The notes under the pieces are model-generated. The model saw only the letters and a program-made list of their open reading frames with translations. It was not told where the DNA came from and searched no databases. Of a stretch of DNA of 64,000 nucleotides, positions 56,990 through 64,000 are shown in pieces. Each line of letters starts with the position of its first letter. Position 1 is the first letter of the stretch. The stretch is from an uncultured Bacteroidota bacterium (GTDB lineage Bacteria; Bacteroidota; Bacteroidia; Flavobacteriales; Flavobacteriaceae). Location: the NCBI GenBank assembly GCA_902526165.1, contig CABZKA010000002.1, forward strand, positions 29,871-93,870, written 5' to 3'. The translations under genes and the position numbers were made by a program.

Positions 56990-57870
56990 TATTTTTTTTG
57001 ATCTTCCTTCAAAGCGATGAAATAAACATCATCAAGTTGTGGTTCAGTTTTTTTAAATCCGATTCCTGGTTTTTTTTCATTGTAAACCCTAATATTTATT
57101 GTATTATCAACATTATAATTGGAGGATAACACATTGTGTTTTTGTTCAGCTTTTTCAAGATCATCTCTTTTAACTGCTTTCGTCCAAATCTTCCCTAATA
57201 TTTCTTTAGTTGCTTTAACAGGCTTAATATGCTTTAGTATTTTACCTCCATTCATTATGGCCATATCATTACAAAGCTCTTTTACATCTTCAACTATATG
57301 TGTTGAAAAAATAACTGTACAATTCGTCCCCACCTCTCTAATTACATTTAAAAATCTTTGTCTTTCAGCTGGATCTAAACCTGCTGTTGGTTCATCAACA
57401 ATAATAATCTTAGGATCATTAAGTAATAGCTGTGCAATACCAAATCTTTGTTTCATTCCACCAGAGTAACCGTCAACATTTTTTTTCTTAACGTCCAATA
57501 AATTGGTTATTTCTAAAAGTTCATTGACTAGTTTCTTTCGCTCGGCCTTATTACTCACCCCTTTCAAAACTGCGAAGTAATTCAATAATTGTTCGGCAGA
57601 CATTTTTGGATAAACACCAAATGATTGAGGAAGATAACCTAAAACCTTTCTTAATGATAATTGATCCCCAAGGATATCAATATCATTAAAATGAATTTCA
57701 CCTGAGTCTGGTGATTGGATTGTAGCAATGGTTCTCATCAATGTAGATTTTCCAGCTCCATTAGGCCCTAACAGGCCAAACATTCCTACTCCAATTTTTA
57801 AACTAACATCGTCAAGTGCTTTTACTTTGTTGCTGTAAGTTTTTGTTAAATTTTTAATTAATAATTCCAT
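56989..57870 (-). CDS. ABC transporter ATP-binding protein
   Basis: 293 aa. Walker A GPNGAGKST, signature YSGGMKQR and Walker B IIIVDEPTAGLD. 1-nt overlap with the permease start. Confidence 0.93.
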   Translation of the reverse strand: MELLIKNLTKTYSNKVKALDDVSLKIGVGMFGLLGPNGAGKSTLMRTIATIQSPDSGEIHFNDIDILGDQLSLRKVLGYLPQSFGVYPKMSAEQLLNYFAVLKGVSNKAERKKLVNELLEITNLLDVKKKNVDGYSGGMKQRFGIAQLLLNDPKIIIVDEPTAGLDPAERQRFLNVIREVGTNCTVIFSTHIVEDVKELCNDMAIMNGGKILKHIKPVKATKEILGKIWTKAVKRDDLEKAEQKHNVLSSNYNVDNTINIRVYNEKKPGIGFKKTEPQLDDVYFIALKEDQKK

Positions 57871-57928
57871 ATAATATTTTTTTAATTTAAGTCAAACTAC
57901 TTAATTGACAATTAACAATCAAAAGAGT

Positions 57929-58039
57929 TTAATATCTAAGAACAAACCTGTTTCCGCACTTTGGACATTTTGCCATAAAAGAAATGAATTCTGTCAATTT
58001 TTTTCTCGTCCAAGTGTGTTTACATTTCAAACATTTCAT
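57929..58039 (-). CDS. Possible 36-aa zinc-ribbon mini-protein
   Basis: Hand translation: MKCLKCKHTWTRKKLTEFISFMAKCPKCGNRFVLRY (C-x2-C ... C-x2-C). Starts 2 nt after the stop of the upstream gene. Below the ORF-track cutoff. Confidence 0.4.
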   Translation of the reverse strand: MKCLKCKHTWTRKKLTEFISFMAKCPKCGNRFVLRY

Positions 58040-58041
58040 AA

Positions 58042-60030
58042 TTATAAGTTAGACTTTCTATAAATAAATTTTTGTGAAATCTTTTTATGATTGTTTTCAA
58101 TAATTATTGAATAAACTCCATTTTCTAACTGAATTTTTGAGTTTGAACTATTTATTATTCCACTTTTCTTTTCTTTACCGGTGATATCAAATAGCCTATA
58201 ATTAAACTCATTATCTACATTTTCAAATTGGATTTCTTGATTGTTAAATAAATCTCTAATTAGCGGGTTTTCTAAATTATATAAACTTGTTATTTCTCCA
58301 TTTTTTGCATTATTTGCTCCAATATTTGGTGTTGAGTTAACAGCTAATGATCTACCAAAAAAACCAACCGAAGGTATCGCTTCAATTTCAGAAAAAATAT
58401 CAGAATCCCCAACTGGGATGGGTGGGTGAGCATATTTTCCTGAAAATGAAATTCCAGCATTAATTGCCGGACTACCTGCAAGTAATTGATAACCTTTAGC
58501 TCCATCTAAACTTTCATCATAAAAGTTTGGGTTTTGAAAAACTGCTTGTTCATCATAATCTTTAAATCTGGTATCAACTTGCCCAAAAAAGAGATTATTG
58601 GACATCGATAAATTGTTGTCAGTTATATTGACTTGTTTATTGCCCATTTTTGATCCATTAATAGAATAAAAAATGTTATTAAAAATTCTTGTATTAATTG
58701 CTTGAATATCAATTGCTGTACGATATGGATTGGAAGTTCTGTTTATTACCACTGTGTTATTGTATATGTAACTATTATCAGAATTGTATCCATCCTGCCC
58801 ACCAATATTGTCGCTGAGCCAAATGGTATGATTGCTGTTAGTCCAATTTGGATTGCTTCTCCATCCATCATTAACACTAATATTGAATCTATATACTGAG
58901 GTCTCATTACCACCTAAAATTTCGACAAAACCTCCTTCACAATCTTCCATGTAGTTGTATTGAATAAATGTGTTAACATTTCTGTGATCTACATGAATTC
59001 CGTGAGAGTCAAGAATTCCTCTAATTTTCAAAGCTTGGTTATTTTGAATAATTGTATTGACACTGTACCAATTCCAGACTGCACTTCCCCTACCAATCAT
59101 CCTTGAATTGGTTTTTGCACCTGGCTCATCAAAGATGTTATTTTCTATCAAGCAGTTTCTAACTCTTGATGGGAGTATGCATGTACCACCAATTTGTTTA
59201 AATTCATTTCCTCTAAACACAAAATTTGTATGTCTATTATCATTTGCATTGTTACCAATAGCATGCTTTGCATGAACACCAAACCTTTGTAGGTCTGTGA
59301 AATAATTATCTTCAACCAAAACATTATTAATAGGAGCTTTATTCCATTCAGTAAAAATCCTGATTCCAGCAACTTCAAACTGGTTAAATGCTTGCTGATC
59401 TGAGGGATCCACTTGTGCTATGGCATAGACATTTCTAAATGTCATATTCTTAAAAACAAAATTGTTTAAAATCTCATCACTATTATTATGTATTTGAATA
59501 CCAAAGCTGTCGGTATTGTCCACATTAGTTCTAGGTGCTTGACGGTTATTTTGAATTTCAAGATTTTCAAAAACCATATTATCATGATTCAATATATAGA
59601 TCGCTTGTTGATAATCACCACCACCACTTGATCCAACTTTTCCGCTAATAATTGGTTTATCTCCGGAACCATAGGAGGTAAAAACGATTGGCTCGGATTC
59701 GGTACCTGAACCATTGACCACCAACTCTCCAAAAAAAGAATCTCCTCTGTTAAAAAAAATTGAATCACCAGGTGATAGCTCACTGTTACTTAATTTTGAT
59801 AATGACTTCCAGGGATTTTTTTGAGAGCCAGAGTTTGAATCATTGCCTGATTCACTGAAATAAAAATTCGTTTCATCTTTACTGTCATCATTGCCTCCGC
59901 TATTGTTTCCACCACTATTGCCTCCATTACTATTACCAGTGTCTCCACTACTATCTGATGGGTCATCAGAGCTTCCACAAGCCATAAAAATCAGAAGAAT
60001 AAAATATAAAAAAAGTTTTTTTGCAATCAT
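58042..60030 (-). CDS. Right-handed beta-helix lipoprotein with T9SS C-terminal sorting domain
   Basis: ATG at 60030 (MIAKKLFLYFILLIFMACGSS lipobox) is preferred over the TTG at 60048. Has a Gly/Asn/Ser linker and repeated N-rich beta-helix-like turns. The C-terminal roughly 80 aa (FNYRLFDITGKEKKSG...GVYSIIIENNHKKISQKFI) resembles a Por/T9SS CTD. Confidence 0.8.
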   Translation of the reverse strand: MIAKKLFLYFILLIFMACGSSDDPSDSSGDTGNSNGGNSGGNNSGGNDDSKDETNFYFSESGNDSNSGSQKNPWKSLSKLSNSELSPGDSIFFNRGDSFFGELVVNGSGTESEPIVFTSYGSGDKPIISGKVGSSGGGDYQQAIYILNHDNMVFENLEIQNNRQAPRTNVDNTDSFGIQIHNNSDEILNNFVFKNMTFRNVYAIAQVDPSDQQAFNQFEVAGIRIFTEWNKAPINNVLVEDNYFTDLQRFGVHAKHAIGNNANDNRHTNFVFRGNEFKQIGGTCILPSRVRNCLIENNIFDEPGAKTNSRMIGRGSAVWNWYSVNTIIQNNQALKIRGILDSHGIHVDHRNVNTFIQYNYMEDCEGGFVEILGGNETSVYRFNISVNDGWRSNPNWTNSNHTIWLSDNIGGQDGYNSDNSYIYNNTVVINRTSNPYRTAIDIQAINTRIFNNIFYSINGSKMGNKQVNITDNNLSMSNNLFFGQVDTRFKDYDEQAVFQNPNFYDESLDGAKGYQLLAGSPAINAGISFSGKYAHPPIPVGDSDIFSEIEAIPSVGFFGRSLAVNSTPNIGANNAKNGEITSLYNLENPLIRDLFNNQEIQFENVDNEFNYRLFDITGKEKKSGIINSSNSKIQLENGVYSIIIENNHKKISQKFIYRKSNL

Positions 60031-60059
60031 GTTAGTTAGCTTATGCAAAAATATGAATT

Positions 60060-60671
60060 TTATACCTTAAGTTCCTTATAAAAAATTGCAAATGAAACGT
60101 ATGCTTGGGGGATCAACCATAGCCACCATATACCTACGGTAAAAATTCCTAAAATGAAAAACAAGAAATACTTTAAACTTAAACCCAAATATTGAAGCTT
60201 TTTATTTTTCATCAAACTTGCACTTTTTTTAAAAATATCCATAACGTTGGTCTCAGGATCATCAGCCATAATGTAGAAAATTTGAGAAAACATAAGTATT
60301 ACAATAATTCCAGGGATAAATAGTAATAAAAATCCAAAAAGAGATGAAATTGTAAATATTATAACTAAAATTAATGCTTTAAAAAAATATTTAAATGCCG
60401 AAATAATTTGAGTGTAACTATACTCTTTTTCGTTCACAATTGAAAGTGCATATGTTGCTAAACCGATATTTATTGGACCTTGGATAAATAGGGCTAATGA
60501 TCCAATGGTAAGGTCATAGCTTAAACCATTAGCTTCATAAGAATAGTTATAAAAATCCACTGAACTGGCTAAACCAACTAATAAAGTTGCGAATATAAAA
60601 GGTAACATTACATTTTTATATTTTCCTTTTAATATTTCTTTAGTGACATTTCTGATTTCTGAATTATTCAT
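60060..60671 (-). CDS. DUF975-family membrane protein
   Basis: 203 aa. N-terminal SEIRNVTKEILKGKYKNVMLPFIF and the multi-TM layout are typical of DUF975. Confidence 0.68.
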   Translation of the reverse strand: MNNSEIRNVTKEILKGKYKNVMLPFIFATLLVGLASSVDFYNYSYEANGLSYDLTIGSLALFIQGPINIGLATYALSIVNEKEYSYTQIISAFKYFFKALILVIIFTISSLFGFLLLFIPGIIVILMFSQIFYIMADDPETNVMDIFKKSASLMKNKKLQYLGLSLKYFLFFILGIFTVGIWWLWLIPQAYVSFAIFYKELKV

Positions 60672-60727
60672 AATTAATATGATTGATGAAAATCTGGGTA
60701 AATAAACACCCAGATTATTTAATTAAT

Positions 60728-61486
60728 TTAAAGTTTGCTTGAAAGATCTGGACGATACATCATTTTAACAACGCTGGATCCCCACATTTCAATGGCATCA
60801 TTTGCAGCAGACCAATCCTCTTGCCATGCATTTTCACCATGTTTTTCATTATAAAAACCAACAAAGTTTTTTCCTTCAGGAAGATTATTTGTGAATGTAT
60901 CTGCATGAGATTCAAACCCGCTAATTAGCATGTAAGTTTGATTATTACCTCCACTATTTAATCTAAATAAAGCCCTATTTCCTGTATACTCTGTTTCAGA
61001 CATAAATTGTTTTATTCTTCGGTGAACTTTCATAAAGTCTTGATTTTTTCCTCTTTTAACTACAACCGTATTTTGAACATAATATTTAACAGGTGTTCCT
61101 GCTTCATCCCATCCATGACTTGCACCCTTGAGCATTTGCCAAATTTTTTGGCCACTCTTATCTGCTATATATGGATCGACATTTTTATTCCAATATTTTA
61201 ACTCTTCAGCATTATCCTGATCAAAAAAAGATCTGTCTTTTCTTACAACCCATCTTTGATAAGCACCTTGACCACCACCGGTCATTATCTGAAATGCAAA
61301 AATTGCATCTTCTTCTTTCGCATTGTACTTTGCTGTTTTTTCAGCAACAGCCTTTTCAAATTCTTCAACCATACCCTTTTTTGGAAGATATGTAAAACTA
61401 ACCCAATATTCGGCATTCGCTCCTCTTTGAGAATTTAGAGAAATACAAAAAAGAATACTAAGGCTAAATAAAATTGATTTTTTCAT
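60728..61486 (-). CDS. Secreted protein with internally duplicated alpha+beta domain, unknown function
   Basis: 252 aa. Signal peptide and two similar halves (see findings). Confidence 0.5.
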   Translation of the reverse strand: MKKSILFSLSILFCISLNSQRGANAEYWVSFTYLPKKGMVEEFEKAVAEKTAKYNAKEEDAIFAFQIMTGGGQGAYQRWVVRKDRSFFDQDNAEELKYWNKNVDPYIADKSGQKIWQMLKGASHGWDEAGTPVKYYVQNTVVVKRGKNQDFMKVHRRIKQFMSETEYTGNRALFRLNSGGNNQTYMLISGFESHADTFTNNLPEGKNFVGFYNEKHGENAWQEDWSAANDAIEMWGSSVVKMMYRPDLSSKL

Positions 61487-61712
61487 AATATATATCTTTG
61501 TTAATCTTCGAAATTATTTATTTAAGACTCTAATCATTAAAAAATAAGATTAAATTTTTAATAATTATCATTCCTTTAAAATTCTGTATTTATAAATATT
61601 AAATCTCTAAAAATAAATTTATTTTTTTGATAATATTAAATTATGAAAATTGAAACTTGAGCGTTTATTGGATAAATTCTTAATGATTTATTGAAACCTC
61701 AAAGTTTATGAC

Positions 61713-62120
61713 CTATTTATTGGGAGGACAACAATTCTCATCCTCGCACTGGCAATATTTTAAATTGTAAATGTGTAATGAGGCAAGAGATATTCCAGCA
61801 AAATATGTCAAAAGCTCCGGCATGTGCATAATCTCAAACTCTTCATTTAAAATTAAAGAAGACAGCAGAACCCATGATACCCACAAGAGAGATTTAACAA
61901 GACTATTTGATGAGTTTTTTACAGTCCTTTTGACAGCAAAAAATGAAACAATAATAAAAATATAATTAAGCAATTGCCACCATAATGGCACTCCAGAAAA
62001 CTCAACCAAACTAGTTTGAGCTTGAGTTAAAAACAAAAATGGTGTCGCGAAACAATGAATAACACAGAAAGAGCTGTTTATGGCTCCAATTGAATCAGGA
62101 TGGTTTAAAGTAATTTTCAT
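61713..62120 (-). CDS. MerC-like membrane protein with Cys-rich tail
   Basis: 135 aa from the ATG at 62120 (MKITLNHPDSIGAINSSFCVIHCFATPFLF). The longer track ORF would overlap the upstream peptidase gene. C-terminus CQCEDENCCPPNK. Confidence 0.55.
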   Translation of the reverse strand: MKITLNHPDSIGAINSSFCVIHCFATPFLFLTQAQTSLVEFSGVPLWWQLLNYIFIIVSFFAVKRTVKNSSNSLVKSLLWVSWVLLSSLILNEEFEIMHMPELLTYFAGISLASLHIYNLKYCQCEDENCCPPNK

Positions 62121-62163
62121 AATTATGGTTGCAAACTTAAATATTTTTTTTTTACTAAAAATA

Positions 62164-64000
62164 TTATTTTTTGTTCTTAACATATTTATCGAGCCATTGG
62201 TCTTGTTCCCACAAAACATGATAAATACTTTCTTTTGATCTATAACCGTGACTTTCTTTTGGAAGCATTACTAATCTTACAGTTGCTCCCAAACCCTTTA
62301 AAGCGTTGAAATACCTTTCGCTTTGCATAGGGTAAGTTCCTGAGTTATTATCATCCTCTCCGTGAATTAATAATAATGGTGTTTTCATCTTGTCAGCATG
62401 CATAAATGGAGACATTGTATAATAAACATTTGGAGCTTCCCAGTAACTTCTCTCCTCACTTTGAAAACCGAACGGAGTTAAGGTCCTGTTGTAAGCACCA
62501 CTTCTGGCTATTCCTGCTGCAAAAAGATCGCTGTGTGACAATAGATTTGCAACCATAAAAGCACCATAGCTGTGACCACCAACAGCTACTCGATTTTTAT
62601 CAATATAGCCCATTTCATCAACAGCATTAATAGCAGCTTCTGCGTTAGCAACTAATTGGTTTCTAAAATTATCATTAGGTTCATTTTCATCCTCACCAAT
62701 AATTGGGAATGATGCATCATCCAAAACTACATAACCCTGAGTTACCCAATAAACCATTGAACCATAATAAGGGTATGTAAATTCATTTGAATTTTTAGTA
62801 CTCTGTGATGCACTTTTTCTATCTTTAAACTCTCTTGGGTAAGCCCACAGAATCATTGGCATTTTATCTTTCTTTTCCTCATCATAGTTTAAAGGAAGAT
62901 ATAATATACCTGAAAGTTCGACTCCATCTTTTCTTAAATATTTAATTTTCTTTTTCTTGACATTTTGTAATTCCAAAAAAGGATTTTTTAAGTCTGTTAT
63001 TTTTTCAAGTTTCCCAGACTTTATTTTTTTTGTGTAATAGTTAGGATATTCACTTGGTGATTGGATACTCACTGTTAGCTGGTTTTTTTTAGGATCATAG
63101 TCAATAATACTTTCAATTTTATCAGTGTAGCTTGACTGATAAACCCTGGTTTTTTCAAAAGTTTTGGTATTAACCTTGTCGATAAAAGGAAATTGACCAT
63201 TTGGTGAAAAGCCTTGTCCTCTAAGAAAAATATTTCCATAATGCATTTTTAGCACTGACTTGTTAAACTCATTTCTAGAGCGAAGAAAAACACCTGGATC
63301 ACTATATATGTCTTGATAATTTCTATCAGAAATTATTTTCGGTTTTATATTTGGGTTTGATGGGTTAAACACATAAGATTTTCTATTTCTGGTGTTCCAC
63401 CAAGTGTCATAAGCTATTGCCATATCTTTAGTTCCCCAATCAATACCAGAGAAACGATTTATTGTTTTGAGTATAAATTTTCCTTGGCCTAAAAAAGGAT
63501 AATTTAATTCATAAACCTCATCCCTAAAATCAACTTTTTTTGAGGGATCTCCAGAATCCAATGCTGTAACATAAGTGAGAGATGCTCCTTTATCGGGTCT
63601 CCAGCTAAAACTTCTTTTTCCAGTTCTTACCGACATAAAACCTTTGGGTAATTCTTCAATCAATGGAACATTCAAAAGATTAGATATAAAATTTCCGTCT
63701 TTGGAGTAAACATTTGTTTCGATTGGAAATCTGCTATATGTAACTAAATAGGAAAACGGTTTATTGATTTGGGAAATCATAACATATTCACCATTTGGTG
63801 AAAAAGATATTGTTCTATACATTCCCTCATCCATCCATTTTTTTACAGATCCATCTATAGAAACTTTGTATATAGCTGATGTTGACAATTGTTCAAAGTT
63901 GTGCTCATCAAACTTATTTTTTAGTAAATCTTGGTATGTTCTATTTTGTGCTTTTTCACCAAAATTTGTTGATATAGTTGGTCCATCAGGTACAATTTGG
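62164..64000 (-). CDS. S9-family serine peptidase (prolyl oligopeptidase/dipeptidyl peptidase type); 5' end beyond window
   Basis: Catalytic blocks GGHSYGAF (Ser), IHGEDDNNSG (Asp) and ESHGY (His). The frame stays open upstream of the track's TTG start (63888) all the way to position 64000 (...QIVPDGPTISTNFGEKAQNRTYQDLLKNKFDEHNFEQLSTS...). Confidence 0.85.
   Translation of the reverse strand, partial: QIVPDGPTISTNFGEKAQNRTYQDLLKNKFDEHNFEQLSTSAIYKVSIDGSVKKWMDEGMYRTISFSPNGEYVMISQINKPFSYLVTYSRFPIETNVYSKDGNFISNLLNVPLIEELPKGFMSVRTGKRSFSWRPDKGASLTYVTALDSGDPSKKVDFRDEVYELNYPFLGQGKFILKTINRFSGIDWGTKDMAIAYDTWWNTRNRKSYVFNPSNPNIKPKIISDRNYQDIYSDPGVFLRSRNEFNKSVLKMHYGNIFLRGQGFSPNGQFPFIDKVNTKTFEKTRVYQSSYTDKIESIIDYDPKKNQLTVSIQSPSEYPNYYTKKIKSGKLEKITDLKNPFLELQNVKKKKIKYLRKDGVELSGILYLPLNYDEEKKDKMPMILWAYPREFKDRKSASQSTKNSNEFTYPYYGSMVYWVTQGYVVLDDASFPIIGEDENEPNDNFRNQLVANAEAAINAVDEMGYIDKNRVAVGGHSYGAFMVANLLSHSDLFAAGIARSGAYNRTLTPFGFQSEERSYWEAPNVYYTMSPFMHADKMKTPLLLIHGEDDNNSGTYPMQSERYFNALKGLGATVRLVMLPKESHGYRSKESIYHVLWEQDQWLDKYVKNKK

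Noticed and set aside
53770-57469. Several plus-strand ORFs (62-116 aa) inside the permease-M1 and ABC ATPase genes
   Set aside because: All are antisense to long, motif-supported genes. I recognise no motifs of their own in them.
61487-61712. 226-bp AT-rich gap as a possible sRNA or small gene
   Set aside because: It holds only a 5-codon ORF (MKIET), and I could see no convincing hairpin, terminator or conserved-looking motif. It is most simply the promoter region of the 252-aa secreted protein gene (60728-61486, ATG at 61486) and the 3' trailer of the MerC-like gene.
62121-62219. N-terminal extension of the MerC-like ORF, and similarly 51764-51847 for the NTF2-like ORF
   Set aside because: The extensions overlap the 3' ends of the upstream genes. 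Internal ATGs give sensible TM-helix N-termini and compact junctions.
63886-63888. TTG at 63888 as the start of the S9 peptidase
   Set aside because: The frame remains open upstream to the window edge. At 574 aa the protein would lack most of the N-terminal propeller expected for this family, so I treat the gene as 5'-truncated by the window.

Overview
This 64 kb window is AT-rich and very gene-dense. By inference it is a chromosomal segment from a Bacteroidota (Flavobacteriia-like, probably marine and streamlined) genome. The lineage clues are a T9SS C-terminal sorting domain, two TonB-dependent receptors, a MoxR-DUF58 Bat-type operon, a DUF177-rpmF...accBC neighbourhood and a one-cysteine DksA-like gene after ileS.

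I support about 70 CDS:
- Some are below the 60-aa ORF-track cutoff and I translated them by hand.
- Two are cut by the window edges.
- Many adjacent genes overlap by 1-20 nt, and several need TTG or GTG starts.

I saw no rRNA, tRNA, CRISPR array, integrase, transposase or phage genes. I could support only two convincing intrinsic terminators.

Roughly 1-38 kb is housekeeping: nadD, gmk, gdhA, recO, ileS, lspA, uvrC, pgi, rsmI, tdk, alr, asd, accBC, rpmF, pdxA, ribE. Roughly 38-62 kb is more accessory.

The most interesting observations are:
1. A trehalose locus in which an OtsA-OtsB fusion is translationally coupled to an acyltransferase-SGNH hydrolase fusion, divergent from a GH15 hydrolase.
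2. A tightly packed six-gene operon: ABC ATPase, ABC-2 permease fused to an M1 metallopeptidase, an SDR, and three unknowns.
3. An unannotated 28-aa CDGSH iron-sulfur mini-protein coupled to an FMN reductase and pirin.
4. A two-gene small-membrane-protein module present twice in inverted orientation, bracketing a roughly 4.8 kb redox-gene segment.
5. A disrupted rpmF-(fabH)-accBC operon carrying two reversed genes and a 385-bp extremely AT-rich spacer.

All family calls come from reading motifs in the translations. No database search was possible, so homology claims need HMM or BLAST confirmation.
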